The notes: a model not told the origin generated them from the sequence alone. Shown: positions 49,551-60,946, counted from the stretch's first letter. The stretch is 64,000 nt of DNA from Promethearchaeota archaeon (GCA_019057795.1 JAHLWS010000082.1:96001-160000); one strand, 5' to 3'. Program-made: numbers and translations.

Positions 49551-52500
49551 ATGTCCAAAATTTATTCATCATTAAAAAACTCACGAGATCGTTTAAGAGC
49601 GAGTATTACAATAAAATCATATAATGTTTTATTTTTCTCCGCATTGTTTTTAGTTTTATTTTTATCTATTCTCATAAGGTTATCTCCAATTGCATCGGGG
49701 AATTACTTAATTAAAGCTTTTGACCCGTGGATACAATATTACAACGCCGAATACCTATCAACACACTCTGTTTTCGAATATTTTAATTGGATTGATTATA
49801 AAAGTTGGTATCCAGAGGGATACGCTCGTGGAAATCTTAGACCTGGGTTAACATTCACTGTAGTAACTATATTTCAAATAATTAATTCAATTGGGATTCC
49901 AATATCCCTTTATGATGTTTGTTTCTATTTTCCCGCTTTTATGGGCGGAGCTTCTGTTTTAGCGATCTACCTCTTGGGAAAAGAAGTGCTAGACCGAAGA
50001 TGTGGGCTAGTGGCTGCGTTCTTCTTGGCGTTTAATCCGGGGTTTATGCAACGAACAATGGCGGGTTTTTTTGATAATGAAACAATTGGTGTATTTGCAA
50101 CTCTCATGACATTATATTTCTTTGTTAAAACTTTACGAACAGGTAAAATCCTCGATTCCTTTTTGGGTGGTTTATTTTTAGGATATTTAGCCTTGAGTTG
50201 GGGTGGATATAATTTTGTATATTTAATTCTACCCCTGGTATGTGGTATTTTAGTCTTACTCAAAAAGTACGACTCAAATGTCTTAATAGCGTATGCAGGA
50301 ATCGAAGGTGTAGGAATATTAGTTTTTTCATATGGTTCTACTTTCAACTATGCTAGCTTTTTCAATAGTTTGGAACTATTTGGAATTTTTCTTTTTACAA
50401 TATTACTAATCATTTTTCATATGATTCATATAAAGAAAGGTGATTATCCTCGATTATATAACGGCTTATTAGACTTAATAAAATGGGGCTTAATACCGCT
50501 TGTTGTAGTAGGAGGCATAATTATATGGGTGGCACCTGATTTACTTCCATTTGGATTTGGGAATAGATTAATGAGCGTTATAAATCCTTTGGTTCGAGAT
50601 GGTTTGAATCTTGTTTCGTCTGTAGCCGAACACATGCCAAGTTCTTGGAGCGTATTCTACTATAATACTTTAATCCCCCTAATGCTTTTACCCCTTGGGT
50701 TGTTCTTCTTGTTCAAAAGAGGTAACTCTGCGGATTTTTTATTAATAACTTTTATGATTTTGCTCTTTTACTTTACCGGTAGTATGATACGAATAATATT
50801 ATTGTTTGCTCCTGCTGCATGTTTGGTAGGTGCCTACGGATTAGTTAGCGTTTTGAAAATTTTTGGCAGTTTTTTTGGAGAAAAAAGAATGGGAATCAGT
50901 AGGAAACGAAAACGCCAAGTTAAAAGAATGGTAGGGAAATCTGAAATTGGCGCGGTTTACTTTATTGTTGGAATAATGTTATTCGTCCAAGTAATCCATG
51001 CCTCTAATATGGCTACTCTTACACTGTCACAAAGTCAAATTGCACCAGGAGATTTTCATGATTGGGAAGAAACGCTAACCTGGATGAAAACAAACCTTCC
51101 TGGAACGAGCGTTGTCGTGTCGTGGTGGGACTACGGTTATTGGATCACTCCAATAGGAAACATGACTACGGTTAACGATAATGGAACAATTAATGGAACA
51201 CGAATAGGTATGACGGGAATGGCACTAATGCAAACAAACGAGATATATAGCGCCAAAGTTTTTAAAGCACTAAAAGCAGATTATGTCTTAGTCTATTTTG
51301 GAATGCTCTATCCGAATTTAGGCGGTGATGAAGGTAAATGGCCGTGGATGGTAAGGATTTGTAACGATCACTACGAAACCTATAAAAATTATGGCATGGA
51401 GGAGGATAATTGGGCTCCAAATTCTGTGTTTGTTGAAAGCGAATATTTTAACGATACTCTTTCGAAGCCAACAGCAAAATGGTTCGATAGTACACTAGTA
51501 AAATTAATGTTTTCTGGAATTGAAACTGACCCCCCACCAGACCCAAGAAACCCCCGAACCTTTGAGGAGGTTTATCGTCGCGAGATTAACTCGAGAACAG
51601 ATGACGAAGGGAACCTATATGTTACTCACATACCAGAAGATGGAGAATACAATTTTGGAGTATTTAGAGAATTATATTTCTCTACAAACGGGATGGTTAA
51701 ATTATTTAGTCTTGATTATACTGCTTTGGATTCAAGTTTTCAAATAGAAAACCCCGAAGTATTCGATACCGGTTATGCAACTTTCAAGATAAAAAACACA
51801 GGATCGAAAGATTTAACTATTTCCGATGTCAGAATAAATAATATGAGTTATGATTTCGATTTGGGTAAAGGTAGTAGTACACATATACTAAATGCCCTCG
51901 AAAATGACTTGGTTTGGGTTGATATAAAAACAAGCAATCAATCCTTTCAAATTAACGATGTCGTAAAAATTACAGTAGAAGCTGAATCAGTAGCCTTGGA
52001 TGATAAACCTTATATCTTTACAAATAGTACGAACAATTTCTTTGTTGAAGAAGCTAGGGAAGGAGACATAAAAATTAATAAACCTAATAGTAAAGTTGTC
52101 CAAATCAATGCGACTAATAGTGAGATATATCTCGAAGTTGAGAATACTGGAGATGCAACCGTGATCTTGAAAGATTTTTATGTAGATAACGAAAATAATA
52201 CCTTTGTAGATAAGCATTATATATCTGGTTCCCCTATATTAGAACCTGGCCAAAAAGCTTATGTCAAAATAACAAATTCAACAGTTCAGTTTTATCCGTT
52301 CAACGGAACTGAACATAAAATAGGTGTTATTACTCCAAATAACATCAAAGATGAGCTATTATTTACGTCGAATTATGAAGATTTCAAAATTTCAATTGTA
52401 GATGAAAGTAGAATTGCTTCACCTGAAGCCTTAATTGCTACTCACAGCGATTTTAGGAAACATATTCCAATTAATTTTGACAATACTTACGCATATACTT

Positions 52501-53426
52501 ACGATAACGGAACTACTATGGTTAATATTAAAATTAAAAACACTGGAGACATCATATTAGGACTCGAATCGATAAACATAACAAAATCTACTAATTGGAC
52601 GTCTGTTGAAGATTTTATACCATTTAATTTAAACCCTGGTGAAGAGAGAAGCATAAAGGTAATTGCCTCCGATTATTTGGTGGATCTAAATGTAAATGAC
52701 GAGCTCGGAATTATAATCACAGCAAATTTTAATGGCTCTACCAAAGCTTCTGATATTGGATTTGTGCATACAATCATTGACAAACCAGATATACAAATTA
52801 TCGACTATATCGAAAATCAAACTATATCTTATATTGCCGCTAACGAGACAGGTAAAATTTTAATAAAAAACACTGGAGACGAGTCAATAACTTTAGATAA
52901 ATTATATTTAAATATCACAACTATGTTATCATTTGAGAGCGATGTAAATTTTGAATATGGAGATATATCTCTAGATGCTCAAGAATGCGCTTTAGTATCT
53001 TTTAATATTGCGGGGTTGATGTTAAATGCGTCTAATATCGTTAATGTCAATATAACAACTAACACTACTGCTCAAGTTTCCATGGATTTCTCTGCATCTG
53101 TAGATTCTTCCCTTTACGATATAAATATTAACGATGATGGAACAACAGCATCAGATACTCAAAATGTAATAATATCAATAGAAAATAACGGGTTATTCAC
53201 TGTTGAAGTATATTCAGTTTATATTAATGACACATTTATCCCATTGAATAGTTTTACTGAAAGTATATACGAAATCGGAGCGGGCAATTCAATTCAATTT
53301 ACAATAAGCATGGATGATCTCGAAAGTATAATGGAACGTACCATTGGATTAAACGACGTATTAATAATAATAGTCCGAACCAAAGAAGGAGCAGAAGATA
53401 TCCACGAAGAAACTGTAACCTCTTAA
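49551..53426 (+). CDS. aglB: Oligosaccharyltransferase AglB/STT3 with long repeated C-terminal extension
   Basis: AFDPW, DNE, SVAEH, WWDYG, DEGK..WM.RI; five xN(T/N)G beta-rich repeats. Confidence 0.93.
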   Translation: MSKIYSSLKNSRDRLRASITIKSYNVLFFSALFLVLFLSILIRLSPIASGNYLIKAFDPWIQYYNAEYLSTHSVFEYFNWIDYKSWYPEGYARGNLRPGLTFTVVTIFQIINSIGIPISLYDVCFYFPAFMGGASVLAIYLLGKEVLDRRCGLVAAFFLAFNPGFMQRTMAGFFDNETIGVFATLMTLYFFVKTLRTGKILDSFLGGLFLGYLALSWGGYNFVYLILPLVCGILVLLKKYDSNVLIAYAGIEGVGILVFSYGSTFNYASFFNSLELFGIFLFTILLIIFHMIHIKKGDYPRLYNGLLDLIKWGLIPLVVVGGIIIWVAPDLLPFGFGNRLMSVINPLVRDGLNLVSSVAEHMPSSWSVFYYNTLIPLMLLPLGLFFLFKRGNSADFLLITFMILLFYFTGSMIRIILLFAPAACLVGAYGLVSVLKIFGSFFGEKRMGISRKRKRQVKRMVGKSEIGAVYFIVGIMLFVQVIHASNMATLTLSQSQIAPGDFHDWEETLTWMKTNLPGTSVVVSWWDYGYWITPIGNMTTVNDNGTINGTRIGMTGMALMQTNEIYSAKVFKALKADYVLVYFGMLYPNLGGDEGKWPWMVRICNDHYETYKNYGMEEDNWAPNSVFVESEYFNDTLSKPTAKWFDSTLVKLMFSGIETDPPPDPRNPRTFEEVYRREINSRTDDEGNLYVTHIPEDGEYNFGVFRELYFSTNGMVKLFSLDYTALDSSFQIENPEVFDTGYATFKIKNTGSKDLTISDVRINNMSYDFDLGKGSSTHILNALENDLVWVDIKTSNQSFQINDVVKITVEAESVALDDKPYIFTNSTNNFFVEEAREGDIKINKPNSKVVQINATNSEIYLEVENTGDATVILKDFYVDNENNTFVDKHYISGSPILEPGQKAYVKITNSTVQFYPFNGTEHKIGVITPNNIKDELLFTSNYEDFKISIVDESRIASPEALIATHSDFRKHIPINFDNTYAYTYDNGTTMVNIKIKNTGDIILGLESINITKSTNWTSVEDFIPFNLNPGEERSIKVIASDYLVDLNVNDELGIIITANFNGSTKASDIGFVHTIIDKPDIQIIDYIENQTISYIAANETGKILIKNTGDESITLDKLYLNITTMLSFESDVNFEYGDISLDAQECALVSFNIAGLMLNASNIVNVNITTNTTAQVSMDFSASVDSSLYDININDDGTTASDTQNVIISIENNGLFTVEVYSVYINDTFIPLNSFTESIYEIGAGNSIQFTISMDDLESIMERTIGLNDVLIIIVRTKEGAEDIHEETVTS

Positions 53427-53550
53427 TTTTTTTTTATTTATTTTTTAGAAAAAATCATAAGTTATGTTTGATTAAAAAATCTATAGACCTATCGTCTATA
53501 AATTGGATTCAACTTCATCTTAATTAACTTCAAAATTTGGCGCTTAACTT

Positions 53551-55545
53551 ATGATTGCTAAGTTCAAAATTGTTTCTAGCTTTGAACCTTCCGGGGACCA
53601 ACCAGAAGCAATCAAGTCCCTTGCTGGCAATATAAAAAGCGGAAAAAAGTTTCAAACTCTTTTAGGTGCGACAGGTACTGGCAAAACATTTTCTATTGCA
53701 CAAGTCATACAAAAAATCCAAAAACCTACGTTAGTAATGGCACCTAACAAAACATTGGCTGCGCAGTTGTATAATGAACTAAAAGAATTATTCCCCCATA
53801 ATACCGTCCATTATTTTGTTTCATATTACGATTACTACCAACCAGAAGCATATCTTCCGGTAACAGGGATGTACATTGAGAAAGATTTTAGCGTAAATGA
53901 AGAGATTGAAAGGTTAAGATTAGCTGCTACACACGCAATTAGGACCCGAAATGATGTCATAATAGTCGCAACGGTTTCTTGCATTTATGGAATTGGAGAT
54001 CCCAAAGTTTGGACGGCCATCTCTATAAACCTTGAAGTTGGTCAAAGTATTAAGAGAAAAGACATCATCAAGAGATTAATATTAATGAATTATGAGAGAA
54101 AAGATATCGAATTTAAACCAGGGGTCATAAGAGTTAGAGGAGACATAATAGATATCTTTCCAGCTTATTTAGATACTGCTATTCGTATATCCTTATTTGG
54201 AGATGAAATCGAATCTATTCAAGAAATTCATCATGTTTCAAATAATATAATAAAAAATTTATCTAATTGCAGAATTTTTCCCGCAACTCATTTTATTATA
54301 CCAGAAGAAAATAAAGCAAAAGCCTTGGTTTCAATAGAGGAAGAATTAGAAATCCAAATAGCAAAATTCATGAAGGAAAAAAAATACGCTGAAGCGCAAC
54401 GCATTGAGAAAAGAGGAAAATTTGATCTCGAAATGATGAGGGAAATGGGATGGTGTAAGGGAGTAGAAAACTACTCTAGGCACTTAGATGGAAGACCTCC
54501 CGGTAGTCCCCCTATGTGTTTAATCGATTACTTTCCAGAAGACTTTTTAATCGTTGTTGATGAGAGTCATATCACGATTCCGCAAATTCATGGAATGATA
54601 GGTGGAGATAGATCGAGAAAAAAGAATCTTGTGGACTTTGGGTGGAGATTACCATCGGCATATGATAACAGACCTTTAGAATTCGAAGAATGGGAATCAA
54701 AGATAAAGTATATAATTTTTATGAGTGCAACTCCTGGAAATTGGGAGTTAGAAAAGAGTAGTGGCATTTCCGCAGAACAAATAATTAGACCGACTGGATT
54801 AGTTGATCCTGATGTGGAGATTCGTCCTGCAAAAAATCAGATTGATGATCTCCTAGACGAAATTCGAAAGGTGATTAAAAACAAAGGGAGAATTTTAGTA
54901 ACAACTCTTACAAAACGAATGTCAGAAGATATAGCAGAATATTACGCTGAACTTGGTTTAAAGATTGCTTACTTACATTCTGAAGTAGGTACAGTAGAAA
55001 GATTTGAAATATTAAGATCTCTTAGGGATGGTACTTATGATATTATAGTTGGGATTAATCTCCTAAGAGAAGGATTAGATTTGCCTGAAGTACAACTAGT
55101 TGCTATTTTAGATGCAGATAAATTAGGGTTTCTGAGAGATACAAGATCGCTAATTCAAACTATTGGAAGAGCTTCGCGAAACATAGATGGAAGAGCAATT
55201 TTATACGCAGGGAAAATTACCTCCGCGATGAAGGCGGCAATAGACGAAACTAACAGAAGAAGAAAGAAACAAGTAGATTATAACAAAAAAAATAATATTA
55301 CGCCTCAAACGATAAGGAAAAGCATTTTAAATTCACTTTCAGAAGAGAAGGAATTCAAGGAGAAAGAAAAAACCAAATTAAAGAGAAAGATTAAGGATAA
55401 GATTGAAGAGTTAGAAAAAGAAGGAGACAAAGATTTGATTATTCATTATCTTGAAAACAAAATGTTCTTGGCAGCTAAAGAACTTAGGTTTGAAGATGCT
55501 GCTTACTTAAGAGATAAAATAAAGGCAATAAAGGAAGATTATTAA
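53551..55545 (+). CDS. uvrB: Excinuclease ABC subunit B
   Basis: GDQP.AI, GATGTGKT, YYDYYQPEAY, DESH, NLLREGLD, FEDAA.LRD. Confidence 0.98.
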   Translation: MIAKFKIVSSFEPSGDQPEAIKSLAGNIKSGKKFQTLLGATGTGKTFSIAQVIQKIQKPTLVMAPNKTLAAQLYNELKELFPHNTVHYFVSYYDYYQPEAYLPVTGMYIEKDFSVNEEIERLRLAATHAIRTRNDVIIVATVSCIYGIGDPKVWTAISINLEVGQSIKRKDIIKRLILMNYERKDIEFKPGVIRVRGDIIDIFPAYLDTAIRISLFGDEIESIQEIHHVSNNIIKNLSNCRIFPATHFIIPEENKAKALVSIEEELEIQIAKFMKEKKYAEAQRIEKRGKFDLEMMREMGWCKGVENYSRHLDGRPPGSPPMCLIDYFPEDFLIVVDESHITIPQIHGMIGGDRSRKKNLVDFGWRLPSAYDNRPLEFEEWESKIKYIIFMSATPGNWELEKSSGISAEQIIRPTGLVDPDVEIRPAKNQIDDLLDEIRKVIKNKGRILVTTLTKRMSEDIAEYYAELGLKIAYLHSEVGTVERFEILRSLRDGTYDIIVGINLLREGLDLPEVQLVAILDADKLGFLRDTRSLIQTIGRASRNIDGRAILYAGKITSAMKAAIDETNRRRKKQVDYNKKNNITPQTIRKSILNSLSEEKEFKEKEKTKLKRKIKDKIEELEKEGDKDLIIHYLENKMFLAAKELRFEDAAYLRDKIKAIKEDY

Positions 55546-55599
55546 ATAAAAGCGTGAAATTTTTCTTTTATTATGAATTGAAGGTTAATAGGAGCAAAC

Positions 55600-55734
55600 A
55601 TGATCGTAGATTCTATAATTATAAAAGGAGCTAGGCAAAACAACTTAAAAAACATAGATGTTGTAATTCCAAGAAATAAATTAGTAGTAATTACAGGAAT
55701 TAGTGGAAGTGGAAAATCCGAAATAATGATTTAA
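55600..55734 (+). pseudogene. uvrA: 5' fragment of uvrA truncated right after Walker A
   Basis: [40 protein letters not shown] then EIMI*; GGAG SD; directly follows uvrB. Confidence 0.92.
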
Positions 55735-55964
55735 TTACTATCCTAAGGTTTTTCAGAGACTAAAATTTCTTTAAGAGAATCAATATCTTTTTTTAATTTA
55801 AGAATATCTAAAATTTGGTTTAGCTTAGTATCTATAAACAGTTTTTTTATAGGTTGCTTATGCCTAATATATTACATTTATTATTTTAAGTTGACAAATC
55901 GCTTAGTAATGAGATCTATAATTCCATATAATCAACTGTCATTGCGCATTGAATTAAGACTTTT

Positions 55965-57113
55965 TCACAATATGATTATGTTAATAGCGTCCAATAGAGT
56001 TTGTAAGGTTAATTTTAATGGTGGGTAAGTTTCTAAAGCTGAATTAAACAAAATATACATTTTTCTTAACGCTTCAATTTTCTTATTTTTAAGATTTAAA
56101 GATTTAACTGCAAGTAATAACTCGTCCATTTTACTCCGAATATTTAACCTATTGTCACGTAAATCCGACTCATCAATCAGTAATCTTATTTTTGACATTA
56201 TGGTAGATATTTCTGAACCTGAGATATCTTTAAGTTGTTCTTCTCTTTTCGAATTTGAATACGAAGGAATTATACCTAAAACTTCTTTGATTTTTTCTAA
56301 TCTATCAATATCTTCAATTAATATTTTATTATCTGGAAGGTTTCTATAAAGAACTAAAAGATTTTCTAAAGCACGATCGATTTTATCTCTCCAGTTATTT
56401 CTATATTCCTTATCAATTTGCCTAATTATTTGATGGACCGTAAAATTTCCCTTTTTTTGAACTTCCTTTAGAATAGTTATTACTTCTTGATTAATGGATC
56501 CTCCATGATACGGGTAAAATTCTCTATCTTTTAGTATATTTAGTAGACTTATTAGTTGAGAAAAATCTCTGGGTCGGTGTGAAAAGTATAGAGGTTTATG
56601 ATTATTATCAAGAGATGTAAGATATATTTGATAGAGTAATTTTTCGAAAATAAGTCGAAATAAAAATGGTAAAAGCCGATATAAATCATCATCGTATGCA
56701 CATTTATTAATTAGATGTTTTACTCTATCAAATTCAAGAAGATTATAGTCTTTAAAATTAACTAGAATATAAATTTTCGAATTAATTTGACTAATCTTGG
56801 TTTTTTGAAGATTTCGAAACTTTGATTGAAATCCTTCGAACTTACTAATGATTGAGGGTTTTACTTTAATATATATTGGAATACCTCCCGCCATTGTCTT
56901 TCCTTGTTCTATAATCCATTTTGATTTAAGAGAATCTAAACTAACTATAAAATCATTTTCACTGATAGAAAATTGATCTTGGAATTTTCTTTTAATATGT
57001 TCAAAAAAGGTCTTACCATCAATTAAACTTTCAGGTTTTTCCCTATAAGATTTATACAATTCGGCTATTAAAATTTGATTTAGTTCAGTGATAGTCGGTT
57101 GTTTTGAGCTCAT
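55965..57113 (-). CDS. Hypothetical protein with DUF4145/HEPN-like central domain
   Basis: FLFRLIFEKLL ... KKGNFTVH resembles HEPN-type motifs. Confidence 0.45.
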   Translation of the reverse strand: MSSKQPTITELNQILIAELYKSYREKPESLIDGKTFFEHIKRKFQDQFSISENDFIVSLDSLKSKWIIEQGKTMAGGIPIYIKVKPSIISKFEGFQSKFRNLQKTKISQINSKIYILVNFKDYNLLEFDRVKHLINKCAYDDDLYRLLPFLFRLIFEKLLYQIYLTSLDNNHKPLYFSHRPRDFSQLISLLNILKDREFYPYHGGSINQEVITILKEVQKKGNFTVHQIIRQIDKEYRNNWRDKIDRALENLLVLYRNLPDNKILIEDIDRLEKIKEVLGIIPSYSNSKREEQLKDISGSEISTIMSKIRLLIDESDLRDNRLNIRSKMDELLLAVKSLNLKNKKIEALRKMYILFNSALETYPPLKLTLQTLLDAINIIIL

Positions 57114-57571
57114 GATCTATATAAAACATTTAATAATTATGAAGAATGTTTTACTTTATAATAATAATAACATCTAATAGAATGATCAATTTTATCATTA
57201 TTTAAAATTAGATTTTCATCGAAAATATAAATATTGGTTAATTTTTCATAATTTCTTGTACGAATAGAGTTCTATTGATAATTGATATGTAATAAAACTT
57301 TTAGTCTTTTATGGAACACTAATTAAATAATTAGTTATCTTATCTAAGATAAAGAAAGATAAGTTCTTCAACATCTTTCTGAATTAGGTTAACTTTAAAG
57401 CCTTATACAATGATTTTCTTGATTTTTTATTGTCTAAATGATATTAACAATTCTAAGCTAAAAAATTTATTAGATTAAAAACTAATTAATTCTACATTTC
57501 ATTCTTACTATTTATGACGAGATCATCGAGAATAATGGATAAAACAGCAAGTTAATACTATTTTTCAACAT

Positions 57572-58525
57572 TTATATCAATTCTGGTGGTAGTCCTTGTT
57601 TAATTTCCACTCTTTTTCTCATTTCACTCCTACATTCAGGAAAATCTTTTAACATTCTATATGCAATTTCAAATTCTTTATCTATGCAATAAACGAATCG
57701 ATTACAATATCCCACTAATCTTGAATTAACATATACTACATTTTGGTAATCCATTTTATTTTCAAGAGTATCAAGTAAACCAATTATATGATTTTCAATA
57801 TAGGGAGTTGGCTCAACAATATGTAAGCATAAATCAGAATTTATTGGGATGTAAAATTCAAAACCTTTGCAAAGATAACCCATTCCATTTGCTATTAAGT
57901 TATCATACTTTTTCATTTTTTTGTAATATACATTATCCTTCAGAATTGGATGATCTGCGGTGTAAAAGGGTATATATGGATTTGATTCATTTTTTAATAG
58001 ATAAATTCGATAATTAACCATTGTTGGTAAGCATTTTTCAATCAAATTTCTTGTATGAAGAATTTGGCTGTGTTCCATATACATATCACTATATTCTATT
58101 CTAAAGTCTTTTCCTTTATATTGTGGAGCTTTCCTTGGAATGATAGAATGTTGAATGACCGCTTTTGTCAAGCTTTCAGCCATTTGCTTTAATTCATTTC
58201 TTCTCTCTTTTGTCCTTAAATCTTGGGTTATGATCCACGTCATTAAATTAAATCTCTCTTCTTTACTCAACCCAACAACAGATTTATCTTCAATTATCTT
58301 ATTAATTACTTTAATTCCATTTCCTTCTATTACTGATAACCAATCTTCAAAAAATTGTGGATAAAAGTGTTTAATGACCGTAGCATTCTTTATATTTATG
58401 CGAATTGGTTTCGGATTATTCATATTTTTATCAAATTGATATAAAAAAAAAGCATTGTTAATTTTCTTACTGAAATTTTGAAGGAATGCTCGTTGAACTG
58501 TATGATTTCTCTTTGTTTCACTCAT
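57572..58525 (-). CDS. DUF4238-domain protein
   Basis: RNHTVQRAFLQNFS, E.WLS.IE, FYTADHP, YIPI. Confidence 0.75.
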   Translation of the reverse strand: MSETKRNHTVQRAFLQNFSKKINNAFFLYQFDKNMNNPKPIRINIKNATVIKHFYPQFFEDWLSVIEGNGIKVINKIIEDKSVVGLSKEERFNLMTWIITQDLRTKERRNELKQMAESLTKAVIQHSIIPRKAPQYKGKDFRIEYSDMYMEHSQILHTRNLIEKCLPTMVNYRIYLLKNESNPYIPFYTADHPILKDNVYYKKMKKYDNLIANGMGYLCKGFEFYIPINSDLCLHIVEPTPYIENHIIGLLDTLENKMDYQNVVYVNSRLVGYCNRFVYCIDKEFEIAYRMLKDFPECRSEMRKRVEIKQGLPPELI

Positions 58526-59202
58526 TATTTTTCGCTTCTATTTATTTACCCATTTATTGTATTGAATTATTTCCATTCAGTTTTATCTTGATTAATTGTT
58601 TAAATTATTATTATTTTAATATGATTATTATCTTGTTAATTTTTAAATAATAGCAGAGTATTGAAATATCTAATTTTATTATTATTAGTAATAATTAGGT
58701 TATTGTTATTGACTTTAGGTTTTAATATCATTATTTGTTTGATATAATATCATAAGTCACTATTTAATGCAACTGATGTTGATGATTGAGAAAATTGTGC
58801 TTTATAGAATTATTTTAAAGAGTTGCAAAATAAAATTCAAAGCTGACGAAAATTAATTTCGTCAGAAAGATCATTAAGATTTAAATAGAACATAGGTAAT
58901 AACACAACTTAATATTTAAAAAAAGTAATTTTTTATTAAAATGTAAAAAACTAATTTTCCAAATTTGGATTTTTTTCTTATATAGCTCTTGGATAAAGAT
59001 TAATTATGTCTGAGTACTTATCTAGTTGCGATTGTGAATAAACAAATCATTTCTCATAATTCCTTGAAGTTTTGATAATAAAGATTTAAAATTTTTAATA
59101 ATAAGGTTAATTTATAGATTCAATAAAACCCTTATTTTACATATATAAAATAAATAATAAATCATATTGAATAATCAGAATTTACTTATTGCGTGAAAAA
59201 AT

Positions 59203-60717
59203 ATGAAAGAATTTATATTTTCTTTTAATTATACGGGCTATATTTCTACGGGAATTGAAAAAATTGATGAAAAAACACTTACTTTGAATGGATTTAATAT
59301 ATATACTCAAGATTTGGAGTATCCAAAACTATTAAATGAAATAAAAAAAAAATATGGACAAGAGATTGAAATCAATGGTTTCAAATATCTGCAAATTCAA
59401 CACTCTAATATTTATGCTCATTCTCCTACTAATCATTTACTGGTATCTTTCAGACTCAAATGGGAAACCTACACTGATGAGATGTTTGATGCGCTTCAAA
59501 ACAATATGGAAACTATTTTTAACTCGATAAAAGATTGTAATAAAAATTATTTTTTCACTACGAATTTATTTGTTGATTTTCAAATCTCATCATTCATAGA
59601 GAAATATATTACATCAGAATTAATAGACGAGGATTTAAATGTCAGTCCTACATATAGAATTCAAGGGACAGGATTTTTTATTACATTTACCTCTTTTGTT
59701 CATAAAAATTATTCTGAAATTATTAGTAAAGCCATAAAAAGTTTCATAGACAACAAATTTGTTAATCTTATGGGAACAAGAGCTTTAAATGTGAATGAAA
59801 TTAAGTTACATCACCTATCAGAGGGAAATTTTAAAAAATTAGAAGGTTACATGTCTGTGGAATTATTACCTTTTCTCTCTCGACAAATTTCAAATTATAA
59901 TATTAATATTGTACATTTATTGCATACATTTAAGAGTATTTTGTTTGATATGCAAAATTCTATTCAGAATTATGAATATTTAGTCCTAATTGATTTAGAG
60001 AGATATTTTAATGAAATCAGAAATAGTTTAGATGCAAAATTTAGATTATTTCCGAATATGGAATATGGAGATCTCTTTTTTACTGAAAATCCGACAAAAC
60101 TAAATCAAGAAATTCATTCATATAAAAAAAAATTATTTGAACTGCATAAAGTGTATTATCAAGACTTTCAATTATATCGAAATAGCTTAAAAACAGAATT
60201 AAGTAGAATAATGGACAACATTAGATTCTTAATTGGTCAAAAGAGAGATAAAATCAAAATATATTCTAAGTCTAAACTAAAGGGTATTTTAGAAAACTTA
60301 AAGGATGAAAATGAGTTTCAAGATATAATTTATGAGGTTTTACATGATCTGGGTTTTACCGATATAAAAATAAATTGTGGCCGACGTGGACATTCAGAGT
60401 TTGGAAAGGATATTATATTTTCACATAGAAATGTGTTTAAACATCAAGAGTGGGATGCCATAGTCGTTAAAACAGGAAAGATTGATCAACCTGAAGGAAG
60501 GGGAGAAATTCGTAAATATATTCAAGATATAATTGATAAAGGTTCAGAAGCCTTTGATATTCCTTATGAAGATGAAAAGGGTAGAAAATTTCAAATTACA
60601 CGAGTCTTTATTGCCACTAATGATAAAATTACTGATTTTGCCAAACAATCAATAAGGGCTAAAATAGAAGGAAATATATTCTTTATTGAAAAAGACACAT
60701 TATTAGATTTATGTTAG
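59203..60717 (+). CDS. Protein with C-terminal Mrr-like PD-(D/E)XK restriction endonuclease domain
   Basis: E.EFQ.....L..LGF..I.....EFGKDIIF....AIVVK...VFIATN..IT. Confidence 0.7.
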   Translation: MKEFIFSFNYTGYISTGIEKIDEKTLTLNGFNIYTQDLEYPKLLNEIKKKYGQEIEINGFKYLQIQHSNIYAHSPTNHLLVSFRLKWETYTDEMFDALQNNMETIFNSIKDCNKNYFFTTNLFVDFQISSFIEKYITSELIDEDLNVSPTYRIQGTGFFITFTSFVHKNYSEIISKAIKSFIDNKFVNLMGTRALNVNEIKLHHLSEGNFKKLEGYMSVELLPFLSRQISNYNINIVHLLHTFKSILFDMQNSIQNYEYLVLIDLERYFNEIRNSLDAKFRLFPNMEYGDLFFTENPTKLNQEIHSYKKKLFELHKVYYQDFQLYRNSLKTELSRIMDNIRFLIGQKRDKIKIYSKSKLKGILENLKDENEFQDIIYEVLHDLGFTDIKINCGRRGHSEFGKDIIFSHRNVFKHQEWDAIVVKTGKIDQPEGRGEIRKYIQDIIDKGSEAFDIPYEDEKGRKFQITRVFIATNDKITDFAKQSIRAKIEGNIFFIEKDTLLDLC

Positions 60718-60718
60718 T

Positions 60719-60946
60719 TTCAAACTTGATCTGGAATACTTACGATTTTTTCCGCTAGAGATCCATCCTGGAACAGAAATATATAAACAAGCAATATACA
60801 ACCATATAATACAGTCTGAAAAAGAACCTTACTTAAACGATAAAAATTATCCTATATATGAAACATCTTATTTATCCAAGGAATATCTCTTTCAAATACA
60901 GGAAATGGTTGAAAATGTTATTGATGTGCCTTCATTTAAACGATAA
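60719..60946 (+). pseudogene. C-terminal remnant of a radical SAM-like enzyme
   Basis: Start-less frame LDLEYLRFFPLEIHPGTEIYKQA, matching the PGT motif at the end of the radical SAM barrel. Confidence 0.5.
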
